A stretch of 64,000 nucleotides of DNA, from assembly GCA_017397655.1 (NCBI GenBank), contig JAFQIG010000056.1:6306-70305 (forward strand), written 5' to 3'. The notes under the pieces were generated by a model, which ran no database searches, was not told where the DNA came from, and worked only from the letters and a program-made list of their open reading frames with translations. Made by a program: the position numbers and the translations under genes. Shown one piece after another: positions 37,803 through 47,605 of the stretch. This DNA is from Clostridia bacterium (GTDB lineage: Bacteria > Bacillota > Clostridia > Oscillospirales > Acutalibacteraceae). Numbering within the stretch: the first letter of the stretch is position 1; every line of letters starts with the position of its first letter.

Positions 37803-37831
37803 AACCACCTTCGCCAAAAGCGAAGGTGGTT
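37803..37831 (-). terminator. Hairpin/terminator after hsdR, a near-duplicate of the 37523 hairpin
   Basis: Same 11-bp arms AACCACCTTCG/CGAAGGTGGTT with a 7-nt loop, 6 nt after the hsdR stop. Confidence 0.65.
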
Positions 37832-37836
37832 CTGTT

Positions 37837-40800
37837 TCAGATCAGACCCGAATACTTCTCAAAGAATTTCTGCAATCTTTCAAGAACAGCTTTCTTTTTC
37901 TGTGCGCGGTTATTTCCGGCACCACCGAAAAGTGACATGGCAGGAAGAATTTTATCAATATCTGTTCCTGTCGTTTTTATTCCACCGTCACAAAAAGCAT
38001 TTTCAATAAACACTTTTGTTTCTTCCGGCTTTAATCTGTGTTCCGCGATAACCTCGTCAATCTCTTTTTCTTTTTGTTCACCGACAAACTTTTTCCAGTC
38101 ATTCCTGACATCGGTATTGACATTGACGGTATCAATAAAAGCTTCGATAAGCTCTTTCTTGGAACGAAGCTCAATGCTCGAACGGATAGCCTTGTCAATG
38201 GAACCGATGATCTCTTTATCCGTACAGTTTGAGTCATGATACTTTGCAACAAGCATAAGGATGTAATCGATATTAACCTCAACCTGCTTTACAAGTTCAA
38301 GTTCAAAAACAACATCATCACGTATACTCTCTTTTTCAACTTTGATTGTAAAATCATCCTTGATATCAAGATACAGGCTTGTATAATCCTGAACATCAAA
38401 GGGAGAAAGAATCTCGTTACCGATAAACTTGTCAAAAACCGAAAGGATATTGCGAAGCCTCAAGATATTACCGAAAAGAACAACGAAGTCCTTCTGGTTT
38501 TTCTCACCGCATATTTCCCTGCCGAGAGGATATTTCTGCAAAAGCTCGGCAATTCTTTCTTCATAGCCCTTTACGTGTTTGCCGTTTTCATCATAGCCGA
38601 AGTAATAATCCTCAAAGGATTTGAGAAGCACCAGACCGCTTGCATTTTTATCACCGAACAAAGAAACGGCTTCGTTGGTTTCCTGTTCAAGGTCACGGAA
38701 GCATACGATGTTACCGAACGACTTGACGGCATTCAGAATTCTGTTGGTACGGGAGAACGCCTGAATAAGACCGTGCTGTCTGAGATTTTTATCGACCCAG
38801 AGGGTATTAAGCGTTGTTGCATCAAAGCCTGTCAGGAACATATTTACAACGATCAGAATATCAACTTCACGCTCTTTGACCTTCAGTGACAAGTCTTTAT
38901 AATAGTCCTGAAAGCCTTTTGAGGATGTGTCGTAATTCGTTTTAAACAGCTTGTTATAGTCATCAATAGCGTTATCGAGGAACTCACGAGAGGTGACATC
39001 AAGCATATCGGTGTCAAAGCTTTCATCGGCAAGCAAACCGTTGGTGCCGTCCTCTTCGTTTGCACCGTAGGAGAATATTGTTGCGATTTTCAAGTCACGC
39101 TGTTTTTCTTCAAGCTGTTTTTTGAACTCATAATAATACTTTTTGGCTACAGGAATAGAACTGACGGCAAAGATCGAGTTAAAGCCGTTAAGACGCTTAC
39201 CCTTTGCCATATAGAACTGATTACGTTTTGTATGGCGGTCAAAGTTGTCAATGATATAGCTTACAATACCCTTGATGCGTTCAGGTGACTGCATGGCTTC
39301 TTCCGTGTCGATCGCATTGACCTGTCTGTCCCTTATGCCGTCTTTTCTTTTGAGTGTATCAACAAAGTCGATTCTGAACGGCAGAACATTTTTATCATTG
39401 ATAGCATCGACTATGGTATATGTATGGAGCTTTTGTCCGAAAGCCTGCTCGGTTGTTTTGAGATCAGGTATACCGCCCGATGAGGCATTTTCCGAAAAAA
39501 TCGGTGTGCCCGTAAAACCGAAGATGTGATAATTCTTAAAAAACTTATTAAACTTAATTACCTTTTCACCCTTTTTAACGGTACCTCCGACAATCCTTGT
39601 ATGCATTTCGCCGAATTGGCTGCGGTGGCATTCGTCAAAAATAAGTACAACGTGCTTATCTCTGATCGGGTGATCAGGATTCTTTGTAATAAAAATATCA
39701 AGCTTCTGAATTGTTGTAACGATAATTCTTGCCGAATCATCTTCAAGCTGCTTCTGAAGAACAGCAGTGTTTCTGTTACCGTTTGCAGCACCTTTCTCAA
39801 AGCGGTCATATTCTTTGATCGTCTGATAGTCAAGGTCTTTACGGTCAACGACAAACAGAACCTTGTCGATAAACGGAAGTGCCGTTGCAAGCTGAGCAGT
39901 CTTGAACGATGTGAGCGTTTTGCCCGAGCCCGTTGTGTGCCAGATGTAACCGCCTGCATCAATAGTGCCGGTCTGTTTGTAGTTGGTTGACGTGATTATC
40001 TTGCTGATGATCTTCTCCGTTGCAACGATCTGATACGGACGCATTACAAGTAAAAGACTCTCGCTTGTGAACACACAGTATTTTGTCAGGATACTGAGAA
40101 TCGTATGCTTTGCAAAGAATGTTTTTGTAAAGTCAACAAGATCGGGAATTGTTCTGTTATCGGCATCTGCCCAGAAGGATGTAAACTCAAACGAGTTGCT
40201 TGTTTTCTTTTTGTTGCGGGAAGATGTTCTTTCTTTTACGTGCAGATCACGTGTGGTGTTGGAGTAATATTTTGTGTGCGTACCGTTGGAAATGACGAAA
40301 AGCTGAATATATTCATAAAGTCCGCAGCCTGCCCAGAAGGACTCACGCTGATAGCGGTCAATCTGATTGAACGCTTCTCTGAGTGGTCTGCCACGGCGTT
40401 TAAGTTCAACATGAATAAGCGGCAGACCGTTGACAAGAATTGTCACATCATAACGGTTGTCGTGAGTGCCGCTGTCTTCGGTATATTGATTGATAACCTG
40501 TAAAAAGTTGTTGTGAATATTCTTTTTGTCAATCAGATAAATATTTTTTGAAGTGCCGTCATCACGCTTTAAAACCTGAATGTAATCTTCCTGAATCCTG
40601 CGTGTTTTCTCAACAATATGTTCATTGGGATTGGCGATCTGATTCTCAAAAAAGTATTTCCACTCTTTATCGGAAAACTTATAGTTGTTAAGCTTTTCAA
40701 TCTGAACACGAAGGTTTTCAATCAAAGCAGACTGACAGCTTATATCAAGATACTGATAGCCTTGCTCTGTCAGCATTTTTATAAACGCTTTTTCAAGCTC

Positions 40801-40902
40801 GGCTTCGCTCTGATACGCATCGGAACGGGCGCTCTGAGGCTCATATTTACTGACAACAGTAGCCTCGCTTGTGGATAAAACCATGTTGTACTGACTCATC
40901 AC
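37837..40902 (-). CDS. hsdR: Type I restriction enzyme R subunit HsdR
   Basis: 1021 aa. SF2 helicase motifs (TGSGKT, DECHRS) and an N-terminal PD-(D/E)xK-type region (DVTILVNGLPLIHVELK). Confidence 0.93.
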   Translation of the reverse strand: MMSQYNMVLSTSEATVVSKYEPQSARSDAYQSEAELEKAFIKMLTEQGYQYLDISCQSALIENLRVQIEKLNNYKFSDKEWKYFFENQIANPNEHIVEKTRRIQEDYIQVLKRDDGTSKNIYLIDKKNIHNNFLQVINQYTEDSGTHDNRYDVTILVNGLPLIHVELKRRGRPLREAFNQIDRYQRESFWAGCGLYEYIQLFVISNGTHTKYYSNTTRDLHVKERTSSRNKKKTSNSFEFTSFWADADNRTIPDLVDFTKTFFAKHTILSILTKYCVFTSESLLLVMRPYQIVATEKIISKIITSTNYKQTGTIDAGGYIWHTTGSGKTLTSFKTAQLATALPFIDKVLFVVDRKDLDYQTIKEYDRFEKGAANGNRNTAVLQKQLEDDSARIIVTTIQKLDIFITKNPDHPIRDKHVVLIFDECHRSQFGEMHTRIVGGTVKKGEKVIKFNKFFKNYHIFGFTGTPIFSENASSGGIPDLKTTEQAFGQKLHTYTIVDAINDKNVLPFRIDFVDTLKRKDGIRDRQVNAIDTEEAMQSPERIKGIVSYIIDNFDRHTKRNQFYMAKGKRLNGFNSIFAVSSIPVAKKYYYEFKKQLEEKQRDLKIATIFSYGANEEDGTNGLLADESFDTDMLDVTSREFLDNAIDDYNKLFKTNYDTSSKGFQDYYKDLSLKVKEREVDILIVVNMFLTGFDATTLNTLWVDKNLRQHGLIQAFSRTNRILNAVKSFGNIVCFRDLEQETNEAVSLFGDKNASGLVLLKSFEDYYFGYDENGKHVKGYEERIAELLQKYPLGREICGEKNQKDFVVLFGNILRLRNILSVFDKFIGNEILSPFDVQDYTSLYLDIKDDFTIKVEKESIRDDVVFELELVKQVEVNIDYILMLVAKYHDSNCTDKEIIGSIDKAIRSSIELRSKKELIEAFIDTVNVNTDVRNDWKKFVGEQKEKEIDEVIAEHRLKPEETKVFIENAFCDGGIKTTGTDIDKILPAMSLFGGAGNNRAQKKKAVLERLQKFFEKYSGLI

Positions 40903-40912
40903 TTCGCTCCTC

Positions 40913-41467
40913 CTATCTTTTCATATTGCTTCCCAAATCTTTTCTCATCTCTGTATAAAGGGCTGCTATATGTTGTTTGAAAATTTCAGTGCTCGGGATA
41001 TTTTCTCTTTTGAAGTTTTCCACACGACTCTCAAAACATAAAATATCCATATCAGTTACATGGCAAATCTCATATTCCTCGCCGTACTCATTAAACTCAG
41101 TCTCAAAAAAACCCGGATTATTCTGCGGATCGTTCTTGATGTAAAAGCTTCTATATTCCTCATAGTTTTTAATTACAAATTCGTAGAAAGCCTTGAAAGC
41201 CTCTTCTGTTTTAGTCGAAGAGAGAAGCTTCATTTTGGGTTTAAAATCCAGTAAAACTTGTATGTAGCTACTATCGTATGTTTTAAACCTATCATGCAGT
41301 AAATGTTCTGCTTCATCATAAAACTTAAAATACAACTCTGCCCTTTTTTCCAAAACAAGCTTTTTGACTTCGTTTTTATGTGTTATCGATAAAGTTATAA
41401 GTGCTGTAATAATTGATGTAATAATTGACACCACACCAGTTAGTATAATAATATAAAAATCGTTCAT
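40913..41467 (-). CDS. Hypothetical single-pass membrane protein embedded between hsdS and hsdR
   Basis: 184 aa with an N-terminal TM (IIILTGVVSIITSIITALITLSI). ATGA overlap with the hsdS stop. No family recognised. Confidence 0.6.
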   Translation of the reverse strand: MNDFYIIILTGVVSIITSIITALITLSITHKNEVKKLVLEKRAELYFKFYDEAEHLLHDRFKTYDSSYIQVLLDFKPKMKLLSSTKTEEAFKAFYEFVIKNYEEYRSFYIKNDPQNNPGFFETEFNEYGEEYEICHVTDMDILCFESRVENFKRENIPSTEIFKQHIAALYTEMRKDLGSNMKR

Positions 41468-42672
41468 ACGTTTGTCACCCCAAATGTCAACAACATATTC
41501 CTATAATGCTCATACTGCTTCTGCCTTGCTTCGATTTCGGCAGGAAGACCGATATTAAGATCGGAACAGATAGCATCAAAATTATCAAGAACTTCTACAA
41601 GACGATCCTGAACATCACGAGGTGGTAAAGGAATTTCAATACTCTCTATTGATGGGACATTTGAATGAACAACCTTGCTTTTAACTTTTCCTTTGCTCTT
41701 TTGCTGTCTTGCCAAAGAAGTTGACAAAACATAAGAGAGATACTTGGGGTTCTGATTATGTTTCAGAACAACTATATCACCACCGGCAAGACATTTTTCG
41801 TTGCCTACATAAGCAGTTGACTTCGCAATATCTTCAACGCTTTCACCGGTGATTGCAAAAAGAATATCTCCATACTCAAAATATTTGGGACTGTTCACAT
41901 ATTCGAGTTTGGTGTGTGAATAGCATTTGTCAAACCATATTCCGTATTTGGTATAAATTTCACCGTATCTGACACAAGGAATCCCTTCTTCGGTTACTTC
42001 ATCTCTCTTAATTCCTGCACCACGATAAATATCGGTTGCTATATCACCAAGTTTAACTCTGTGTATTTCTCCGATTCTGTCAAACGAAAGTAAATCATCA
42101 CGATAATACTCATACTGCTTTTTACGAGCTGTAAGCTCTGCTGTGAGCTCTGCTGTGAGCTCTGCTGTGAGCTCTGTAAAATTGTCCAGAATACGGACAA
42201 TTTCATTCTGCACCTCCATGGGCGGTACAGGGATTAAAAAGTCTTCTGTAACATGCAGAGAAATCTGTGGAAGAGAACCCATTCCTGAGGCAGCATCTCG
42301 GAATATTTGAATATTATTCTTCAAAACATAGTACAAAAATTTAACGGAGACTTTATCATCTGTTGTATAAGCCCACATTTCATTTTTAAATGTAAAAGGC
42401 TTGTCGTAATATACAACATCTATCACTCCACGCGACTGAACTAAAACAGCAGGGACTCTTGTAATATTAGCGTTTGGAATATCATCTTCAAAAGCATTAA
42501 TAACAGTTTTTCCACCGGCAAATACTTTTATATCACCATCAGGGTTATCAATCTCTTTCATTTTTCCTGCAGTAATAGGAGTTCCTTTTAATCGAGTGTA
42601 GACATCTTTTACCTTTCTATACTCTACACCATTGGGACAAAGTTCCTCTATCAGTTGTTCAAGTTTTGTCAT
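41464..42672 (-). CDS. hsdS: Type I R-M specificity subunit HsdS (type IC-like central region)
   Basis: Two TRDs separated by ...FTELTAELTAELTAELTARKKQYEYYRDDLL, with C-terminal ...EIEARQKQYEHYRNMLLTF. The start is taken at [18 protein letters not shown]. Confidence 0.9.
   Translation of the reverse strand: MTKLEQLIEELCPNGVEYRKVKDVYTRLKGTPITAGKMKEIDNPDGDIKVFAGGKTVINAFEDDIPNANITRVPAVLVQSRGVIDVVYYDKPFTFKNEMWAYTTDDKVSVKFLYYVLKNNIQIFRDAASGMGSLPQISLHVTEDFLIPVPPMEVQNEIVRILDNFTELTAELTAELTAELTARKKQYEYYRDDLLSFDRIGEIHRVKLGDIATDIYRGAGIKRDEVTEEGIPCVRYGEIYTKYGIWFDKCYSHTKLEYVNSPKYFEYGDILFAITGESVEDIAKSTAYVGNEKCLAGGDIVVLKHNQNPKYLSYVLSTSLARQQKSKGKVKSKVVHSNVPSIESIEIPLPPRDVQDRLVEVLDNFDAICSDLNIGLPAEIEARQKQYEHYRNMLLTFGVTNV
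42128..42175 (-). repeat. 12-bp tandem repeat x4 inside hsdS encoding (TAEL)4
   Basis: Plus strand gctgtaagctct, then gctgtgagctct three times (42128-42175). Confidence 0.95.
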
Positions 42673-43525
42673 TGATTCTATCCCTCGCACATTTTAATGC
42701 TTCAAAACTCTTATTGGAAAATAAAAGCCGAGAACAGTTTTTGATTATTTCCTTATTGTATGAAGCAATATTCTTGATCTGATATATATCAAAAAACGCT
42801 AAGTCATTTTTCAAAATATCTTTGTGAAATATTTCAACTGCAACAGTAGGTGAAAGCGGTACAAAATATGTCACTTCCGGTGATACTGCTGAAATGGGTT
42901 CATTTGTTTTTTTACTATGGTCAATTTTTATCACAGGATTGTCGGATGTAATAAACGGAAGTTCTGTATGATTAATTATGAAAATCCAATGCCAATCACT
43001 AAATAGATTTGCATAGAAATTGCTCATACCAAAATCTAAAATTTCAGATGTGTGGATGCGCTGAAAATCCGTTTTTGAATATTGCGGTATATCCGCATAA
43101 GGAAAACCATCTTTTATCTGTTGATAAATATCTTTATAATAATTTCTAAATGCCTCTGTTCTTGTTATTAACAGTGCAAATTGAGCAGAAAGTTGCTCTT
43201 TTTCTATCTGTAGAGAAGAGCAATCTCGATGCTGAGGATCAATAATTATCGTGTCAAGCAAAACACGTAATAATGTGGCAAGTTCTCCCTCTATTTTATT
43301 TCCAAAAAATTTTTCAATAATTTTCTTTTGTTCGCCAAGTTCTTCGATATCATAAAAACGTTTGATTACTGGAAACTTTCCCACTTTTGAGCTGTCACAT
43401 TTATTTTCCTGCACATTGTAGAAATAAAGCATTGAATCACGACCTTTATTCCCTTCAATGCCGAAATTTGCCAAATAGGCTACCGGAACAGTATGCGAAT
43501 GTTCTACTGTGTTTTTATTTCCCAT
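42659..43525 (-). CDS. Hypothetical protein, DUF4238-like, embedded between hsdM and hsdS
   Basis: About 288 aa. N-terminal [13 protein letters not shown] resembles the H..VPQFYL..F start of DUF4238, recalled from memory and not searched. Overlaps both neighbours. Confidence 0.5.
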   Translation of the reverse strand: MGNKNTVEHSHTVPVAYLANFGIEGNKGRDSMLYFYNVQENKCDSSKVGKFPVIKRFYDIEELGEQKKIIEKFFGNKIEGELATLLRVLLDTIIIDPQHRDCSSLQIEKEQLSAQFALLITRTEAFRNYYKDIYQQIKDGFPYADIPQYSKTDFQRIHTSEILDFGMSNFYANLFSDWHWIFIINHTELPFITSDNPVIKIDHSKKTNEPISAVSPEVTYFVPLSPTVAVEIFHKDILKNDLAFFDIYQIKNIASYNKEIIKNCSRLLFSNKSFEALKCARDRINDKT

Positions 43526-45083
43526 TTTCGATCTCCGCAATTATTTTTGCAATCTCGTCACGGAGCGCCTGCTCACGTGCTACGATTTCTTCGATCTCTG
43601 CATTCAGCTTTACGATGTCGACCTTTTCTCTTATATCCTCTGCTTCGACGTAGGTTGAAACCGAAAGATTATAATCATTCTCTTTGATTTCATCGTATGA
43701 AACAAGTCGGGCAAAGTGAGGAGCATCCTCACGGCTTGTAAATTCCGATACGATCTTTTCGATATTTGCATCGGTGAGCTTGTTGTTGTTTGTGACTTTG
43801 ACAAATTCGGCTGATGCATCAATAAACAGCGTTTTATTATCCGCCTTTGACTTTTTAAGCACCATGATGCACGTTGCTATTGATGTGCCGTAGAAAAGAT
43901 TTGACGGCAGCTGAATAATACAGTCAATAAAGTTGTTGTCAATAAGATATTTGCGGATTTTCTGCTCTGCTCCGCCACGGTACATAATTCCGGGGAAGCA
44001 GACAATTGATGCCACGCCGTTTGTCGCAAGCCAGGAAAGCGAATGCATTATAAATGCCATGTCCGCTTTTGACTTCGGTGCCAACACGCCTGCCGGGGCA
44101 AACCGAGGGTCATTGATAAGCACGGGGTTATCCTCGCCCTCCCATTTGATTGAGTAGGGCGGATTTGAAACGATTACCTCAAACGGCTCGTCATCCCAAT
44201 GCTGCGGTGACAAAAGCGTATCCTCGTTTGCTATATCAAATTTATCATAGCCGATATCGTGAAGAAACATATTGATTCGGCAAAGGTTATATGTAGTGAT
44301 GTTGATCTCCTGTCCGTAAAAGCCCTGTCGCACCTTATCTTTTCCGAGTATCTTTGATGCCTTAAGCAGTAACGAGCCCGATCCGCATGCAGGGTCATAT
44401 ATCTTATTAATTTCTGTTTTGCCGACTATTGCAAGCTTTGTCAGAAGTTCGGAAACCTCCTGCGGAGTAAAGAACTCTCCGCCGCTTTTGCCTGCGTTTC
44501 CTGCATACATTCCCATAAGATATTCGTATGCATCACCAAAGGCATCTATCGTGTTATCCTGATAGTTGCCGAGATTCATATTGCCGATACCGTCAAGAAG
44601 CTTGACAAGCTTTTCGTTGCGCTTGCCGACCGTTGCACCAAGCTTATTGGAGTTGACATCAATATCATCAAACAAGCCTGCAAAGTCATCCTCGCTGAAA
44701 CTGCCCTTTGCAGATTCTTCTATATGTCGGAACACGTTCTCAAGTGTTTCATTGAGGTTTTCATCGCGAGAAGCTCTTTTTCTGACATTGCAGAAAAGCT
44801 CTGACGGCAATATGAAAAAGCCCTTTGATTCAACAAGTGTTTCTCTTGCCGTTTCCGCATATTCATCCGACATAAGTGCATATTCAAAACCGATATTGCC
44901 TGCATCATGCTCCAGCTTATTAATATAGTTTGTCAGATTCTCCGATATGTAACGATAAAACATTATTCCGAGTACATAACTTTTAAAATCCCATCCGTCT
45001 ACACTTCCGCGCAGTTCATCAGCAATGCCCCAAATCGTTCTGTGAAGCTCGTCTCTCTCCTGCTCCCTTTTGATATCCGCCAT
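43515..45083 (-). CDS. hsdM: Type I R-M N6-adenine DNA methyltransferase HsdM
   Basis: HsdM N-terminal domain; [10 protein letters not shown] (motif I); NPPYS (motif IV). Confidence 0.95.
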   Translation of the reverse strand: MADIKREQERDELHRTIWGIADELRGSVDGWDFKSYVLGIMFYRYISENLTNYINKLEHDAGNIGFEYALMSDEYAETARETLVESKGFFILPSELFCNVRKRASRDENLNETLENVFRHIEESAKGSFSEDDFAGLFDDIDVNSNKLGATVGKRNEKLVKLLDGIGNMNLGNYQDNTIDAFGDAYEYLMGMYAGNAGKSGGEFFTPQEVSELLTKLAIVGKTEINKIYDPACGSGSLLLKASKILGKDKVRQGFYGQEINITTYNLCRINMFLHDIGYDKFDIANEDTLLSPQHWDDEPFEVIVSNPPYSIKWEGEDNPVLINDPRFAPAGVLAPKSKADMAFIMHSLSWLATNGVASIVCFPGIMYRGGAEQKIRKYLIDNNFIDCIIQLPSNLFYGTSIATCIMVLKKSKADNKTLFIDASAEFVKVTNNNKLTDANIEKIVSEFTSREDAPHFARLVSYDEIKENDYNLSVSTYVEAEDIREKVDIVKLNAEIEEIVAREQALRDEIAKIIAEIENGK

Positions 45084-45146
45084 ATCTCTTCTCCTTCTTT
45101 ATGGTGAGTTAAGTGTATCACCTTTGTTGTACGATATACCGTACAA

Positions 45147-46547
45147 TTATTCCTCAAGCATTTTTTTGAATTTTATTTTTAATCGGACAAGCGGCTCCCA
45201 TCCGCTGTATTCGTTTACGATATCGGGGCGATCTTTCCACTCATATTCCTTGCCGAGCTCGTAATTCAACCATTCCCTTACAACCTTTACAAAGTAGAAG
45301 TCCTTACTCTTTACATATCCGTAGGTACCCGTTTCCTGATCGTAGCCGTATACCGTTATCAGCTTTGCATTACTAAGCAGGCTCTCTTCAAAGTATTTTC
45401 TGCACGTTTCCTCATCGTCATAATGTGCATATCCCTCGGCGTTGGCATACTCGTTTCTGCCGCGCTTTGCAAGCTGAAGATACAGCTCATAAAGGTCATA
45501 CGGACACGTTTTCGGACTCATCGTCCAGCCGGGTGTGCAATACTCGTTGATACACACATCAACCGGAGGTCTTGTTGTACTGTACTCCCCTGTATGCGAT
45601 GACAGCGACACTATGTGCGATATGATCTTGTGTCTTTCTATACCTGCATCATAAAACAGCTTGCACGTAAACTTTATGTAATCGGCAATTACCGAGTACA
45701 GCAGCTTTTTGGTATAATCCCTTACCGACATTCTGTTTTTTGCCGCTTCCTTCCTGAGCGACTTTTCGGTATATCCCATATTGTGAAGTGCGTGGTATCC
45801 GTACTGCGCCTTTTCAAAATCCTCTAAAGATGCATAATCCTTATCGCTGTAATCGGGAATCTGCGTCTCCCATCCCGTGTTTATTCCCGCAAAAAGGTAT
45901 GCTTTGTTCTCCTCTTTGAGTCTTGTATAATTCTCTGTAAGCGGCTCTATAAATCCTTTTGTTACCTGATTTTTATACCATTCAAGATATTTTTCTGAAT
46001 TGAAGCACGGGAAGCCTCCCGCCGTTGCAAAAGGTACTCCGCTCCAATCGCAATGCCATCTCGGCAACATTCCGTATGACTCTCCGCCCCATTTTTCGCC
46101 CTCCTTCGGAAAGGCTATCCATTCGCACATTTCGGGATCGTTATAAAACTTGTTGCCGTCTTTTGTAACTGCTCCGTCACCGAAATAGTCCGTGTAATTG
46201 GTACAGTCATCCATCTGGAAATATACCGGAACATTATACTTTTCGGCAAGAGCGAAAACATGATTGACCTCTTCTCTCATCTGCTCCACAGACTGTGTCA
46301 GACACATAGGTCCTACCACTCCGAAGGCATACATTCGCTTTGAATCTGCATCAATCTCTCCGTGAAGCTCCACCATCTGACTGACATACGGTTCAAGATT
46401 CATATAATGAACATTGGTTACCATAAATACTACGTATTGCGGATCATCCTCACCCGTTATATCCGGCGTTATATCCGTGCCGAACAACGTCAATAATGCT
46501 GTTATCAGCGCAATAATAAAGCTGATTATTCTCTTTTTCAGTGACAT
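45147..46547 (-). CDS. Hypothetical membrane-anchored/secreted protein
   Basis: The start at MSLKKRIISFIIALITALLTLFG gives a signal/anchor sequence. No family recognised. Confidence 0.55.
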   Translation of the reverse strand: MSLKKRIISFIIALITALLTLFGTDITPDITGEDDPQYVVFMVTNVHYMNLEPYVSQMVELHGEIDADSKRMYAFGVVGPMCLTQSVEQMREEVNHVFALAEKYNVPVYFQMDDCTNYTDYFGDGAVTKDGNKFYNDPEMCEWIAFPKEGEKWGGESYGMLPRWHCDWSGVPFATAGGFPCFNSEKYLEWYKNQVTKGFIEPLTENYTRLKEENKAYLFAGINTGWETQIPDYSDKDYASLEDFEKAQYGYHALHNMGYTEKSLRKEAAKNRMSVRDYTKKLLYSVIADYIKFTCKLFYDAGIERHKIISHIVSLSSHTGEYSTTRPPVDVCINEYCTPGWTMSPKTCPYDLYELYLQLAKRGRNEYANAEGYAHYDDEETCRKYFEESLLSNAKLITVYGYDQETGTYGYVKSKDFYFVKVVREWLNYELGKEYEWKDRPDIVNEYSGWEPLVRLKIKFKKMLEE

Positions 46548-46670
46548 ATAAACACCCCTTTTGTATAAATATATCACAAAATTTTTGTTTAATCAATAAT
46601 GTTTCTTTTTCCGCTTTTTCTTGACTTTTGTTTTATTTGCAAATAAAATAGTATCAAGGAGTGATTTTGA

Positions 46671-47573
46671 ATGAAGACAAGAATTATTGCTTTTCTGATG
46701 GGAATTGTTTTGTCGTTCTGCAATCTGTTCGGTATAGATTATAAGGGTACGGTTGTTGCCGAAACCTTTACAAATTACATATATCAGGATGCCTCTTACG
46801 GTGATCACGAACGTCAGAAGCTTGATCTGTATATCCCGAAATTACGTGGCGATGAGTTGGGACTTGTCCTTTACATTCACGGTGGAGGCTGGGTTGCAGG
46901 CGATAAGGAAGGTTACCGAAACGATATCCGTGAGATGGCAAAAATGGGCTATGCTGCCGCCTGCATCAATTATCGCTACCTCTCGTACGATGTTTCTTTT
47001 GATGATATTCTGAATGACATTGAAGCTGCTCTTTCGTTTATCAGAACTACAGGCAAAGAGAAAAACATCTCAATTGACAAGGTTCTTCTTACAGGCTATT
47101 CCGCAGGCGGTCATCTCTCTATGCTTTACGCATACGCAAGAAAGGATTCTTCACCCGTTGAGCCTGTTGCGGTTGTTGATTACTGCGGTCCTACTGATCT
47201 TTACGATCCGTCTTTTTATAACGAATCGTCTACCGATGAACTGAAAAATCTTTTCCTGATGTTCGCATCATACTCTTACGGTCAGGAGCTGACACTTGAC
47301 AACGCTTATCTTGCCGAGCAAGTTCTGAAAAAAGCTTCTCCGATTTATTATGTTGATGAAAATACCGTTCCTACTGTCAAAAATCACGGCATGGCTGATA
47401 CGCTGGTTCCCTACTCAAATGCTTTATCTCTTGAAGAAGCTTTTGTAAGTCACGGTGTAACTCATATTCTGAACACTTTCCCGAACTCGGGTCACGGTCT
47501 CGAAAATGATCCGTATCACAAAAAGCTCTCCGATCAATACTTTGAGGATTATGTAAAAACATATCTCGGCTGA
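46671..47573 (+). CDS. Secreted alpha/beta-hydrolase (esterase/lipase family)
   Basis: HGGGW oxyanion motif, GYSAGGH nucleophile elbow, C-terminal ..GHG.. His region, and a signal peptide. Confidence 0.8.
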   Translation: MKTRIIAFLMGIVLSFCNLFGIDYKGTVVAETFTNYIYQDASYGDHERQKLDLYIPKLRGDELGLVLYIHGGGWVAGDKEGYRNDIREMAKMGYAAACINYRYLSYDVSFDDILNDIEAALSFIRTTGKEKNISIDKVLLTGYSAGGHLSMLYAYARKDSSPVEPVAVVDYCGPTDLYDPSFYNESSTDELKNLFLMFASYSYGQELTLDNAYLAEQVLKKASPIYYVDENTVPTVKNHGMADTLVPYSNALSLEEAFVSHGVTHILNTFPNSGHGLENDPYHKKLSDQYFEDYVKTYLG

Positions 47574-47605
47574 TCAATATTCATTTAGAATTGGAGCTGT
47601 AATTT

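Noticed and set aside
38236-38889. 217-aa + ORF, and other + ORFs within 37826-40878
   Set aside because: They are antisense to hsdR and have no RBS or motifs.
42128-42175. Tandem repeats considered as a CRISPR or non-coding microsatellite
   Set aside because: The units are contiguous 12-mers without spacers and lie in frame within hsdS (TAEL units), so this is a coding repeat.
28645-45083. Annotating the RHS cassette or the R-M island as a defined mobile element
   Set aside because: No integrase, transposase, terminal inverted repeats or tRNA attachment site could be found. Only compositional shift and the agrB duplication support acquisition.
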